From Octopus bimaculoides (lineage: Eukaryota), in the NCBI RefSeq assembly GCF_001194135.2, contig NC_068987.1, positions 57,268,444 through 57,317,888 of the forward strand: 49,445 nt of DNA, given 5' to 3'. Positions 1-12,220 of the stretch are shown here, piece after piece. Position 1 is the stretch's first letter, and each line of letters opens with the position of its first letter. A model generated the notes under the pieces. The model had not been told where the DNA came from. It made no database searches and saw only the letters and a list, made by a program, of their open reading frames with translations. The position numbers and the translations under genes were made by a program.

Positions 1-249
1 TATATATATATATATATATGCAATGTAAGAATTGTGAAACTGGCATATGTTATCCACACATAAAGATAACATTTTCATTATGTATGCTATACATAATTCA
101 AACGCTTTCTTTATGTGTGCATGATGTGTATGTTTACAAGTGTACATGTATGCATGAGTTTGTCAGTGTGTGTTTAACCCACTGAAGCGCAGATTTATCT
201 GTAAGAATATTTATTGATGTACATATTGATTAATGATAAATTGTGTTAC

Positions 250-429
250 CTGCACGTCTCAATGATAAGCGTTTGTCCAGCTGCATTGTGTGTGTGATGA
301 CGTAGAAACGCTCAAGTGTAATAATAGTGAGTGTATATACGCTCATTTCACTGGAAACCGTTCCAAGTATACCTGCTACCAAACACCACGTACTTGTCTG
401 CCAATCTAACGCAAATTTCTTGAATTCAC
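250..429 (-). CDS. rk: Type-B LGR (rickets/bursicon receptor-like GPCR), exon encoding ECL1-TM3-ICL2
   Basis: Minus strand: acceptor ttttccattttacatAG at 431-430 and donor GCA G|GTAACA at 249-248. The exon is 180 nt, phase 1-1. It translates (G)EFKKFALDWQTSTWCLVAGILGTVSSEMSVYTLTIITLERFYVITHTMQLDKRLSLRRA(G). This matches from memory the rickets segment GEF..W Q.S..C...SSELSVYTL.VITLER.YAITHA.HLNKRLSLK.AG. It joins in frame to the 29714-29941 exon. The symbol denotes the putative orthologous group, not a verified assignment. Confidence 0.93.
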
Positions 430-758
430 CTATGTAAAATGGAAAAGAAAGAAAAACATTTAAGAAATAAAATATTATTTAGAAGAAAACAGCCCCGCAA
501 CTTAAAAAGTAAAAAACAAATTTCTTCCCGCAAAAAAAAAAAAAAAAAAAAAATTACCTCGAATGTTTAATTAAAGTTTACCTTTATTGACTAAACGAAC
601 ATTTGGTTAATTACAGAATGACGTAAAATGGATTTTCGTCGGTTTCCAGATTGGAAAGAGAATTCAGGTGTTCGATAAACTAAATTACTTGCTCATTGAG
701 TTAGTAAGAACGTGAAAGTGACTGAATGTTCCATAGACATGTGCACCATTTATGTAGA

Positions 759-1970
759 ACTAGCTGTTGAACCCGGCGTTGCTTCTGTTTTCTGTGTTGA
801 AGTTATTCCCACCTCTGACCTTGTAGTGGAATCTTCTACGTTCCCTGTGCCAACTATTACCCATTAAGATGTTATATCTGGTTCAGCAGGGATTTTACCC
901 GGTTAACGCTTTCGACATACTCCTACATACTGGACCGTCTGAAATCGCAGCCAAACTTTGGGTGTACCTCGACCGGTTGAGAGTGGTGAGTCCAATCTCA
1001 GCAAAATCCGAAGAAAAATCCATGTAACCATTTACATGAAAATATCCCATTGACTTTTAAATCCCAATACATTATATGAATAATCGATGTTTCATATGTC
1101 GAAGTGCTTTATTTTACTCATGGGTCAATTTTCTTCAAAATCAGTTCATTATTTTATTGTGAGTGAATTTTGACGATTTCCGCCTTTCACCAGTTTAATT
1201 TTAATTCTACTACATAACTCCGACCATAAACTTTACCTAAATGTCAAATTTCATAAAATCGGATGAATTCTATAAAAGTTACAGCATAGAATATTAATCC
1301 TATCCTCCGCTCATGCGCAATTATCGAGTTTTTGTCAAGTCTTCATGCTGGCATCAACTAATGGACATGAACTGTAATCACGTGTAACATTTCTACAAAA
1401 TCGATTAGAATGTCTCTAAGGAAATGCTTATTTGTATTTGTGCCCTCTTCAAGCCCTTTTGAATTAAAAAATGCACCTTTATAGTCTCCCCCAACACAAA
1501 ATTTACCTACATCTCAAATTTCATTAAAATCGGTTAAAAAATATAAACGTTACGACCAAAAATAAAATCCCTATGAGTATTTGCACGCAAAAAGCATATT
1601 GATTTTATAAAACCACTGCTCAGGTGCAATTATCGATATTTTGTCAACGTCATATACTGACATCAACTCACTGCAATGATCCTCACTCACTTGTCAATTT
1701 TCATCAAAATCGGACAAAAAATGCAAAAGCTGCAGGAAAAATAACATCATCATGGAAATTTCCACTCAAACACCCGATTGAGCTCACAAAAGTCGATGAC
1801 AGCTGAGCATTATCAAGTTTTCGAAAAATTCCGGCCTTATTTGAACTTCAGGGCATGTGATCTACCTATGTGCCAAAAATCATTAAAATCGGTTGGACAG
1901 TGTGGGAGGAGTTAGAGTAACCCCAAACACACACACAGACACCATTACACATTTATGTATATAGATTAGA
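759..1970 (+). mobile_element. Non-autonomous Helitron-like (Lep1/HINE-type) element with internal repeated modules
   Basis: 5' end is ACTAGCTGTTGAACCCGGCGTTGC. 3' end is CTACCTATGTGCCAAAAATCATTAAAATCGGTTGGAC...acacacacagac...CATTTATGTATATAGAT. About five AAATTTCATnAAAATCGG-like motifs lie inside. The family assignment is from memory of such elements. Confidence 0.55.
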
Positions 1971-3049
1971 GTGACATACCATGTAACAAGCCTGTACATT
2001 TTGAATTCAAGTTATATGTCACCTGATGAGCTTCCGTTTCTACCCAATCGCACTCGGAAAGCTCAATAAATTAAATGAATTAGTAAAATAATTACTTAAT
2101 TTAATCAATCAGTGTTTGTTCATCACAGAGTGTGCCAAAAAATGAATCTGAAAGAAATGGTTTTTCATTTAGGCACAAGCTCAGATATTTTGAGACAGGA
2201 TTAGTATTTCGATACCAACGACCCAGTACATGACTGGTATTTTATTTTATCTTTAATTTCATCGTTACGAATGAAAAGCATGTTGGCCTTGGCAGGATTC
2301 GAACTCAGAACTTAAAAACATACCGCAAACAACTTTTACCGACGTTTCTCTGTAACGATTCTCCCGGTTCGTCGCTTTGCAGCCTGAAAGTAATGAAGTC
2401 GCGTTTCCAGTATCTAATAAAATATTTTCTTTAATGCGTTTACTGGCTTCAAGCATCTGACGGGGGCAATTCTGAATCATCGGTATGAGTATTGCAGCCA
2501 TGTGCATGGTATTCGATTAATGAAGGGGCTTGGTATAGCTGTCCATATTTGTATCTGCTACTACAATGCAGGTTATTTTGAAATTGTGTGCATTAGAAGT
2601 CTAAGTGCCTTTTGAAAGTGCTGACATCTACTCCGTGCATATTCCCTATGTTTTGTCGTGCGCGCGTGTACACACACATACGCACGTATGTGTGTATCTG
2701 AATAGTTTATTCCTTCATTCTTTTACTGATTTCTTTCATTGGACTGTGACCATAACGAGGTAATACATTTAAGTGTTTCATTGAATATATCGATGCTAAT
2801 ACTTTGAAACTGATCTCTCCTAAGGTAGGACATGCGGAGTGGCCTTTGGTGGAAGACGAAAGAACGAGTGACATTTACGTTCGAATGCATGAGATTTAGT
2901 TTACTATCTCGCAAATAAATCGGTGTGTCAAAAAAAACAAAAAAACATGTATTTATTTCAACCGAGTTTCACATACACTGTTTGGTCACTTTCGCCATCG
3001 GAAATGTGAGCAAATGATCGAACCGTTAGAAACCCATACGCAACTATTT

Positions 3050-3330
3050 TTCACAAATGCATTATAGAATAAAGTAAAGAAAATAGCCCTGTCGCAGGAG
3101 TTAATGGAGATTCTAGCGTCGGATGTACTTGTTAATAAAGACGTGTTCAGTCAGTGATTTACTCGTTGGGAATCTATAAGTAACATCGTTATTCCTGTTC
3201 ACAAATGCATAATATAGTATATGAAATGAAAATAAACCTGTTACAGGAGTTAATGGAGGTTCCACCGTCGGATGTCTTTCTTAATAAAGAACGTGCTTAT
3301 TTATTGGGATCTGTTAAGGTAATAAACAAA
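3050..3330. repeat. Diverged ~150-bp tandem duplication
   Basis: ttcacaaatgcat...caggagttaatggag...cgtcggatgt...ttaataaaga occurs at about 3050-3145 and again at about 3199-3295. Confidence 0.75.
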
Positions 3331-3500
3331 TGATATTTGCGACTGGTTGATGATAAGTGAATGGAGAACGGCGATATGGTCATATCTAAATAGAAATGTC
3401 TATTATAGAGAACAGGCTATTAATATTGAAAGAGAATAGCATTTCAGAGGTAAAATCGTGGATACAGCTAGACAATGTGGTAAGGATATATATATATATG

Positions 3501-3532
<32 letters not shown>

Positions 3533-5550
3533 CGTGTCGCCAAAGAGCGGTTAAAGATGAAGTAAGTAAAGCATATAATTATGTTGAAAATAAGTACATT
3601 CTTTGAAACTGCTTAGTAAAATGAAAGCCACCCCACAAAAGACAAAGAAAATCGATAAATTGATTGATAGCAAAAACAAAAAATGCGCTTTTGATGAAAT
3701 ATGAAATTTACTGAGAAAAGTTAAATGTAGAAGAAACAAGTACCAATGGTTTTTGGACCACGCACTGAAAGTTATTAAGGTAGAAAATATGACTGGATGT
3801 TTTTAGCTTCATCAGTTTGAATTGAAATGTAACTGAGGATTTATTAAAAAAATGCGCAACAAAAATCCAAGCACAATGCGACTGAAAATAACAAAGCTGT
3901 GTACTAAGCTCTATTTCATTCCTGAATATCTAATGTAGCATTGTTTTTGGTCGAGTCTATTAGGTGATGGTTTATCTGCTGATGTGTTGATGATTCGTAT
4001 CTCATCCCTTGTTCGGCGGCGACGATATCAACGAACTTAAGGCTCATTCAATATGTTCATCTAATCCTAAATAGATGAGCTAACGAAGGACTTGTACGTA
4101 ATCACAAGATTTCAAGGAAATAATAACCAAATTTTCTTCATATCCCATCTTATCATTTTATAAAAGATGAAAACTTATGGCAATTTCTTCCTAAATACTC
4201 TTTGTCTTAAAAAATGAATTTATCGTGACCTGAACAACAATGCCAATAAGTCTGTTCGATCAGAGAGGAACTGTGAATAAATAACAACAAAACCCCGAAA
4301 TATGTATCATGGCTTTGTACAGTATCTCATTGTAAGCAGCTAGAGAGGAGCATAATTAACAAAGGTTTCGTCATCAAGCATTGCTTTATTACCTTCTCTT
4401 AAACTAGTAAGTTTTGTCATTAAAGCCTAACTCTGATTATGATTACGGATTGTCTATGTGTGTATTCTATATTAAATGTGTGTATTTTATATTAAACTCA
4501 TCACACATTTGCAGCTAAGTAACCACGAGGAACTGTTACTAAAAAGAAAAAAGAAAGGGAAAACTACTTTAACATATTTTCATCTTAAGAAGATTGAAAG
4601 AAATCAATTAAAGATCTGAAAAAGTTTTCATCCAATAAAATCTCAAATATTTTAATAACAAGAACATCATAATTAATCTTCCAAGCAAATAAATTCTCTT
4701 TACCCAGGAAATATTTATCTTTTCACACATGATTACAACTTCATATGAAGAAGTGTGATATACTGAATACATTTAATTATCGTATTATTTCATATCTGTT
4801 TTGAATATAAATCTTTTAATAATTTCATACATGAAAAAAATGTTCTACTTCGTAATTTTTGTTTTAATAAATGTAGCTATTAAAAATCTATAGATAGAAC
4901 TATATAACAGCTAATTAGAAATAATTTCCACTTGGAATATTTAAGTCCTCTCATATTTAACCTTTGAACATAGAATTATTTATTGGATGTAATTTCCGTT
5001 ATATCATGTCATTTTTAGAGGTAATTTCTCTAAGCTTATAAAGCTGTTGGTTATATTCTTTCATTCAAATTATTTTTCTACAGTTCCTTTCTCAGTTTTA
5101 TACTCGTAATACCTGTGTTTATTTTATAGGCTTTCCTTCCAACAAGTCTGCAAGATATACAAAAAATAACTGTTTCTAATTTAGTTGCAAGGCCAGAAAG
5201 TTTTGCAGGAAGGATTAGTTGATTATATCACCCGCCTTACATGACTGATATTTTATTTTGTTGAGGTCCGAAAGCATGAAAGAAAGATTTAACTTCACCA
5301 GTATTTGAACTCAAAATGCAAAGGCGTGGAACAAACACACAGAGGTATTGTATTCAATTAGCTAACGTTTCTGCCACGTCACCGATTTTAAGGTATTAAA
5401 AAAGTAATAAAAGAGAAATTTCAGTAAAAGCGTTAAATGTTTATTTGAGCAAAAGTTCTAGAGCTCCTATTATTATCTATATTAAAAGCATAAAACGCTG
5501 CCATTATCCTTTTAATATTTAATTACTAGATTTTAACTAGATGTAGTAAG

Positions 5551-6577
5551 GGATTTTTCCCTTTGAACGGTACATAGAGAAATTAATATTTTGTAACTAA
5601 ACACTTTCAAACTTCGGACACTGGTAGAATGTGTCATATAAAACATCTTTTACTCTTAGTGATGTTGAGAGAAGTTTATATTTTCACTGTTATTTCGTGT
5701 TAAAGTTGTCGTATTTCGGTAATTTCAACCAATCAATGACGTGTATTCAGCTGAATAAAATTACTGCCATTGTTTGTCAACAACAACTTCCGGCAGTGTA
5801 TATTTCGTTTGTCACTGTTATTTATGACATATTTCATCTCAGTTACGTTTGTATGAATAAACGAGTGTATCTGAAGCATGTTTACTTCATGGCACCACCA
5901 CAATCGTTCGTGCATTTCTACTGCTTTTAGTTTTTTCCTCCTGTTTTTCAGCTACTATTTTCGGAAAGATATTTTTGCCCCCCCCCATCCCCCTCCAATT
6001 TGTTCATTTTTCACATTTATTCGTAACCCTAACCCTAAAATCCCAACCCTAACCCTAACCCTAAAACCTTAACCCTAACCCTAAATCCCTAACCCTAACT
6101 CTAACCCTAATCCTAAAACCCTAAAACCCTAACCTTAACTTTAAAACCCTAACCCTAACCTAACCTAACCCTAAAACCCTATCCCTAACCCTAAAACCCT
6201 AACTCTGACCCTAAAACCCTAACCCTAACTTTAAAACCCGAACCCTAACTCTAACCCTAAAACCTTAAAGCTAAAACCAGTACAAACTTACGAACGATAT
6301 CATAAATAACAGTGACAAACGAAATATACACTGCCGATAGTTGTTGTTGCCAAAGAATGGCAGTAATTTTATTCAGCCGAATACACGTCATTGATTGGTT
6401 GAAATTACCGAAATACGACAACTTTAACACGAAATAACAGTGAAAATATAAACTTCTCTCAACATCACTACGAGTAAAAGATGTTTTATATGACACATTC
6501 TACCAGTGTCCGAAGTTTGAAAGTGTTTAGTTACAAAAAATTAATTTCTCGATGTGCCGTTCAAAGGGAAAAGATCC
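5551..6577. mobile_element. Foldback/long-TIR non-autonomous DNA transposon with a telomere-like core
   Basis: Inverted arms of about 280 bp (5551-5830 and about 6297-6577) start GGATTTTTCCCTTTGAACGG and end CCGTTCAAAGGGAAAAGATCC. The flanks GTAGTAAG (5543-5550) and GTAGTAAA (6578-6585) look like an 8-bp TSD with one mismatch. ORFs 5631..5930(+) and 6257..6496(-) give near-identical peptides because of the inversion. Confidence 0.8.
6024..6277. repeat. Degenerate interstitial (CCCTAA)n/(TTAGGG)n array with AAAACCCT variants
   Basis: Directly visible, e.g. aaccctaaccctaaaatcccaaccctaaccctaaccctaaaacc. Confidence 0.95.
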
Positions 6578-7277
6578 GTAGTAAACACATAGACCAAATA
6601 AAGCTACAAATTGGAGAAAGTATTTCCTTTTATGAAATAATTCCTATGAAACGTAAAAGCCATTTCCTTCAAAAAAAAAAAAAAAAAAATTAGATAATTT
6701 CAAAAAGATAATTTTTGTTTTTGCAAAATAAAAAGCAAAAATACTTGTTATTAAGTGGTAGTAAACGACTCAAACCAATGATAAAGATAAACAATGAAGA
6801 ATTGCATTGAACACAGAATTACTGAAACGCTTCGATTGTAGAACATTTCGCAATCAGAGAACATTTCCAGTTGGAGCCATTATCTACATTTCTTTGCCAT
6901 TATATATATAATTATGTCTCATTTACTATAGCCTCATTTACATTGTATCATTTCTAAGGTACTTTTCATCAATGAGTAATTTTAATAAATTACAAGACTT
7001 GCGTTTGTTATTTTCCTACATCCTAGTTATTTTCCCTTAAACTGCATTTGAACGAGAAATATTTCAGAGACGGAACGATGATTCCATTTATATAATGATA
7101 TTCAGCCATTTAAAGTTACTCCAGTATGCCCTCTTCATAAACAGCAATAGTCAAATAAGTGACAACACATTTAATGAAGAGAACATTAAAAATCTAATTA
7201 GAAATGATTACACTCTGAAAAAAAAAAACATACAATTTTAGTCAATGACGTATTTTTTCGGCAAGTACAAGAGACAA

Positions 7278-7470
7278 GGCGGCGAGCTGGCAGAATAGTT
7301 AGCACGCCGGGTAAAATGCTTAGCAACATCTCGCTCTTCTTTATGTTCTGAGTTCAAATCCCGTTGAGATCGACTTCGCCTTTTATCCTTTTGAGGGTCA
7401 ATGGAATAGTACCAGTTGTGCACTCTCCAAAAATTGTTGGCCTTGTGCCAAATTTTGAAACCAATATCAA
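7278..7470 (+). mobile_element. tRNA-derived SINE, octopus-type family A (GGCGAGCTGGCAGAA... head)
   Basis: Head ggcggcgagctggcagaatagttagcacgccggg, B-box-like gagttcaaatccc, and body similar to the copy at 23442. Confidence 0.8.
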
Positions 7471-7629
7471 TATTCCAGACTGATTTTCGTTTGAAACCGC
7501 TTCCTTCCACCTTCATTTTTAGTGTTTATAGAGAAATCCTTATATATTCCAGTTCGCTTCCCTTATAAGCCCGCAGCCTTATTAGATATATTACTATATA
7601 GTTGCCAAGATACAAATTTCTAACCAGCG

Positions 7630-7850
7630 AACTAAAGGCCTTGTAAGAATTGTTAGACTATCGGACAAAATGCTAACATTTCTTCCTGCACTTTCTCTTC
7701 TGAATTTAAATCCCGTTGAGACTATCACTGCTTTTCATTCCTCTGGAGTCGATAAAATAAGGTACCAACCAAATATTAGATTCAATGGTATCGACTCACC
7801 TCTTGTTTCAAAATTGTTGATCTTGTGCTTAAATTAGAAAACAATTATTT
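7630..7850 (+). mobile_element. Diverged SINE family A copy
   Basis: gaatttaaatcccgttgag...ggagtcgataaaataaggtacca...ttgtgcttaaattagaaa is similar to the 7278 and 22375 copies. Confidence 0.6.
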
Positions 7851-9686
7851 TGTTTCTTTTTAAGTTCAAAATTCAGATTCTTTCGGGATAGACTTTGTTT
7901 AGATCAATAACCTAAGTGCAAATATACTGAATCATATTGATCGCCATTACAAACCTACCTTGTATATTTAAAGCATCTTGTCGTTTAAGAAATACGTGCA
8001 AACATTATAGAAGGTAATAAGTAGGATACTTATAACGCCTTAGAGTAGTTATCACTCTGGTTTATGCTTACTTTGCCTGGATCGACTCTACCTTTCAAAT
8101 CTGGGACTGATAAACTAAGTATATTAATTCTCTAGTGTCGACGCTTCGACAATTGCCACCTATTTTAGTCGGCCTTGTTCTTGAGTAAGAAATCAATATT
8201 ATCATTAGAGGAAAGTTCTGTATTAAGCCAATTCTGCATTGAACCATTTGTAATAGTAATAATCAATAACTTTAAAAGTGAAACCAGTATCAAACGACTT
8301 TTTGTACATTTGTTTTTAGTGTCAGATTTCCCTTTCTATTGAATGTCAGATGTAATAGGTTGGTATATGACTAGTCATTCGTGGACCGATATATTGGTTA
8401 TAATTAGATTTACACATTTCCCTGTTATAAGCTGATCGAGTCAATTACTTAATTCTCTTTTCATGATTAGTGCTATCCATCATTGCTTCTGTTAACGCCA
8501 ACCAGTTCGGTATATTTATATCGCATTGAGAGCTTGGAGGTAAAATGTTATTTTTTTTTGCACCACTACCTGACAATCAAGTCTATTCCTAGTGGCTCCT
8601 AGTTTGCAATTATTCAGAAATAGTCTAAAGAGAGATCAAACTTTCAGTATGAAGTCAAACTTAGTATTTGTATTCAACAAAACATTCATCAGTTTCAGTG
8701 CTGTCATTGTTTATAGCTTAAAGTTCAGAACCCAAGGAAACTGGTGAGAGTCTGCATCGGCAACTCTAAATCAAAAGGAGGATTCATGGTAAGTTGAGAA
8801 GTTCAGCTGCCCCGAGGAGTAGAGAGTAGAAAGTCTTAAGCCTACTACTAAAGTCTAAAACCTTCTATTTTCAATGTTGTGTTGCCATCTATTTTCAATG
8901 TTGTTAGCCAAAGAATCCGTTCGTCTTTCTTTAGTATACGATATTCTGTGTTGTTGTGTAACATGTCTGCAACGAATGTGGGTTGAGGATCATATAAAGT
9001 TGATATAATGAGCTTCTGTCTCATATTGGTACTTGCATTTGTTTACTAGGCTTAAGTCACAGGAACTCGATATCGTTAAGGTTGCCGTTCACTTTTTGTG
9101 TTATCAACAATAAAAAAATATTCTTGAAATTTTTCTGCCCACATTTGAAGAGCAAGTGCCTAAAACACTAGACTTTCTATCCCTCACGTTACTTATAATT
9201 ATTTGACATCCCACGAGCTCTCCACAAATATCGAACTGTAAAACCTATAATACCTTCTTCAAACAAAGTAGAATGGTCAAGGACTGAAGTTAACATAATG
9301 CAGTTAACAGTTTATTAGTCTACCGACTCTTCAGCCTGTTTCCCACTGTTCTATCGACTTGGACGTCTACGGCTTTTTGTTGCTAGTAATGTTCTGATTA
9401 ATGGAAGTGACGTTTAGCTATATTGTTATATTGTAAGATAAGATCATTGCTAAACATTGATTTGTTGTAATAATAGAATCGATCACAGAAAGTCAATACA
9501 ATAGCCTAAGCAATACAGTGCCGTTCTCCTGTTTTCTAAAACAGAGACCAGTGGATGTTTTGCTTTCCATCTCCGCAGAGTCAATAAAACAAGTAATATT
9601 AGAGTATAGAGGTTTCTTTAATCGATTTAATACTACCTTCTTACAAACTGTTGCTTTTGAAATAACCTAACTGCTGAGTGAGGCTA

Positions 9687-10020
9687 TAATGAGTGGTTAT
9701 GAAGTTCGTTTTGCAACTTCGTGAATCAGCGTCCCACCGCACTATGTGGTACCTTGACAAGTACCATAATTTGAGTATAATGTAAACTGTGTAGAAGTCT
9801 ATCGGAAGGACCGTTTCTGTTCGTGGCTAGCAGATTTAACTAAATGATGAATTAAATCTGCTAGCCACGAACAGAAACGATCCTTCCGATAGACTTCTAC
9901 ACAGTTTACATTATACTCAAATTATGGTACTTGTCAAGGTACCACATAGTGCGGTGGGACGCTGATTCACGAAGTTGCAAAACGAACTTCATAACCACTC
10001 ATTAAATTCATCATTTAGTT
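9687..10020. repeat. Near-perfect 153-bp inverted duplication with a 12-nt loop, followed by an inverted copy of the loop
   Basis: 9687-9839 is the reverse complement of 9852-10004. I found one mismatch (GGACCG vs GGATCG). 10005-10020 (AATTCATCATTTAGTT) is the reverse complement of 9838-9853. Confidence 0.95.
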
Positions 10021-10995
10021 TAATAGTATCATCTGGTCCGTGGGTGGCTTCTGTTGCAAGGCTAGATATCCAGTCTGAACATAAATTCCTCCTACAAGTC
10101 ACAGAGATCAACAAAAGGATCATGGGAGTTAGCTTTTAACCTGACTAATTTAAGAACAAATTTACCGAAAAAATATTTCATGTGTATCTATATTTTTGTA
10201 TTATTGAAATATCAGCAACATCTGAGAATGCTTTAGAATATTAATGTTCACAATCAATCAGTCGATTAGGTTATACTTTCGTCATTGCCATTAAATTGGA
10301 TTACTATAGGTTTTTCTACTTGCACATTCTCTCTTTGAGTTTTGTTGATTTAGCTTCTGTGCAACTAGGTTTTTTTTAATGTCAATACTTCCTACAAGCT
10401 AATGAAGAATTTTGATTTTCAGTATTTCAACAGATTTAACCTGAAATTATTTTTTGATCTTTTCATCTTTTCATACAAATAACTTAGATGTTTAACAGAT
10501 AATACTGTATCATTGACATTTAACTGATAGCCATCGAGCTTTATCATTAACAATACATTGATCTCTCTTTCATGTTATCAATTCATTATAGCATTATATT
10601 CCATTTCATGAATTATAATTTTTGCCTTAATGTTTGTGATTTTAAATGAACTTTGCTCTATATGTAAGCATCGATTTATTTTTCTCACAAAATAATGTCC
10701 ATGTTTTTCTACTTTTGGGCTTAATTCTATTTCGTTTTATTGATTGTTGCTTCTCCTGCTTTTTATACTGCTTCTTGTTTCCTTTGCTTCATAAAGCATC
10801 ACTTACTTACTTTTAGATGCCTTCAGAACAATTTTCAGCCTACAATACATTATTTGTATCATTAATGCAAATGCCATTTGAAATCAGACTTAATACATTT
10901 CAATTTATGTAAATTTAGAGAATGCTTTTGGTTTTTTCTGCGATCTCATCTGATTCACATTTCCTTGTCTTTTTATCTGCGTATTACAGATGTTC

Positions 10996-10997
<2 letters not shown>

Positions 10998-11083
<86 letters not shown>

Positions 11084-11150
11084 ACATGCGTATGTATGTA
11101 CGTAATACATACATACGTACATATATATTTACATACTTATGTAGGCATCA
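10998..11150. repeat. (CA)n microsatellite plus degenerate (TACA)n
   Basis: Directly visible. It explains the THTH and CVCV ORFs. Confidence 0.97.
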
Positions 11151-12050
11151 TGTCAGCAAAAAGCAACGCATAGGCACATATCCCATAAACTAGAAGATAA
11201 CAACACCCTTGGCAGGAAGAGTAGCATCTCCTAGACCTGTGATAGGTATATTACATCCTACCTAAAATGATATGCCTTTGCTATTCAAGAACAGGAGATA
11301 GCTACAAAATACCTGATAAACAAAAGAGGTAAAGATACTATTTAACCTCCACGTTGAAAGGTAATAACCTCAGTGTAGAGGATATTACCTACATCATCAA
11401 CAACTGGCCCAAAACGTCTGATGCTACCTGCCCTTGAGGCATGATGTAGTTGCAAAGGCTATTTACAACGCTGTCAGCATGAAGGCTCGCCCTGACGTAT
11501 ACATCAAAGGTATGTCAGAACCAGTATTTATTAACACCTTTAAAGTCAAGGAATATTAGCGGAACACTCCAATAAAAGTCAGAAATTTGGTGCAAACACA
11601 CAGACTTAATATTCTGTTGCAGAGGCAAGCTGTCTAGCGGATGTAAGCGTACCATCAAAAATGCAGGAAAAAGAGAAAATTTGTACCCTGACTATAAATT
11701 CTCATTTGTATCTATCATTATAGTACATTACGTTATGGACCTATAAGTCTACACCAACATCTAGATATATTAGTTTTTTCGAAGAAAAAAAAAACAAAAA
11801 CTGACGAGGATTCTTCAAATCCAATCTATTAGCGCCACACTGTAGATTTGTAAGACATTCCGAAGATTCTTCATCTAAAATTCTTTAGATGAATAGATGC
11901 ATACACTTGAGTTTGATCACCTAGAACTCAACCAAAGCACTAACTCAACTATATATTTACAAACACCGGGAACTCTCTTAGTTCAAAAAGACTTGTTTTG
12001 TTAGCGAAGGCTTGAACTCTCTCAAGAAGAACTTAAAGAGAACTCAAAGA
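11150..12050 (+). mobile_element. E1: decayed 3' fragment of an RLE-type (R4-like) non-LTR retrotransposon
   Basis: Peptide remnants YAFAIQEQEIATKYLINKR (11271-11327) and RHDVVAKAIYNA (about 11437-11472), with a CKTF-like end near 11850. It is heavily frameshifted. Confidence 0.65.
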
Positions 12051-12060
12051 AAAAACGCAT

Positions 12061-12220
12061 GCACACATACATACATACATACATACATACATGCATGCAT
12101 GCATGTACACATACATACATGCATACATGCATACATACATTCATACACACTTACGTATCACATATGTACATATATATACATACATATACAAACATACATA
12201 TGCATATACATATGTACATC
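12061..12220. repeat. Degenerate (TACA)n/(CATA)n microsatellite
   Basis: Directly visible. Confidence 0.95.

Noticed and set aside
6024-6277. True telomere or chromosome-fusion scar
   Set aside because: The array is short, degenerate, single-orientation and enclosed by TIR-like arms with a TSD-like flank. It has no head-to-head repeat junction.
5631-6496. Two ORFs with near-identical peptides on opposite strands (MSYKTSFT...)
   Set aside because: They are the two arms of the inverted repeat and show no protein homology I recognise.
7278-7360. tRNA genes
   Set aside because: The tRNA-like A and B boxes are SINE heads. No cloverleaf is evident.
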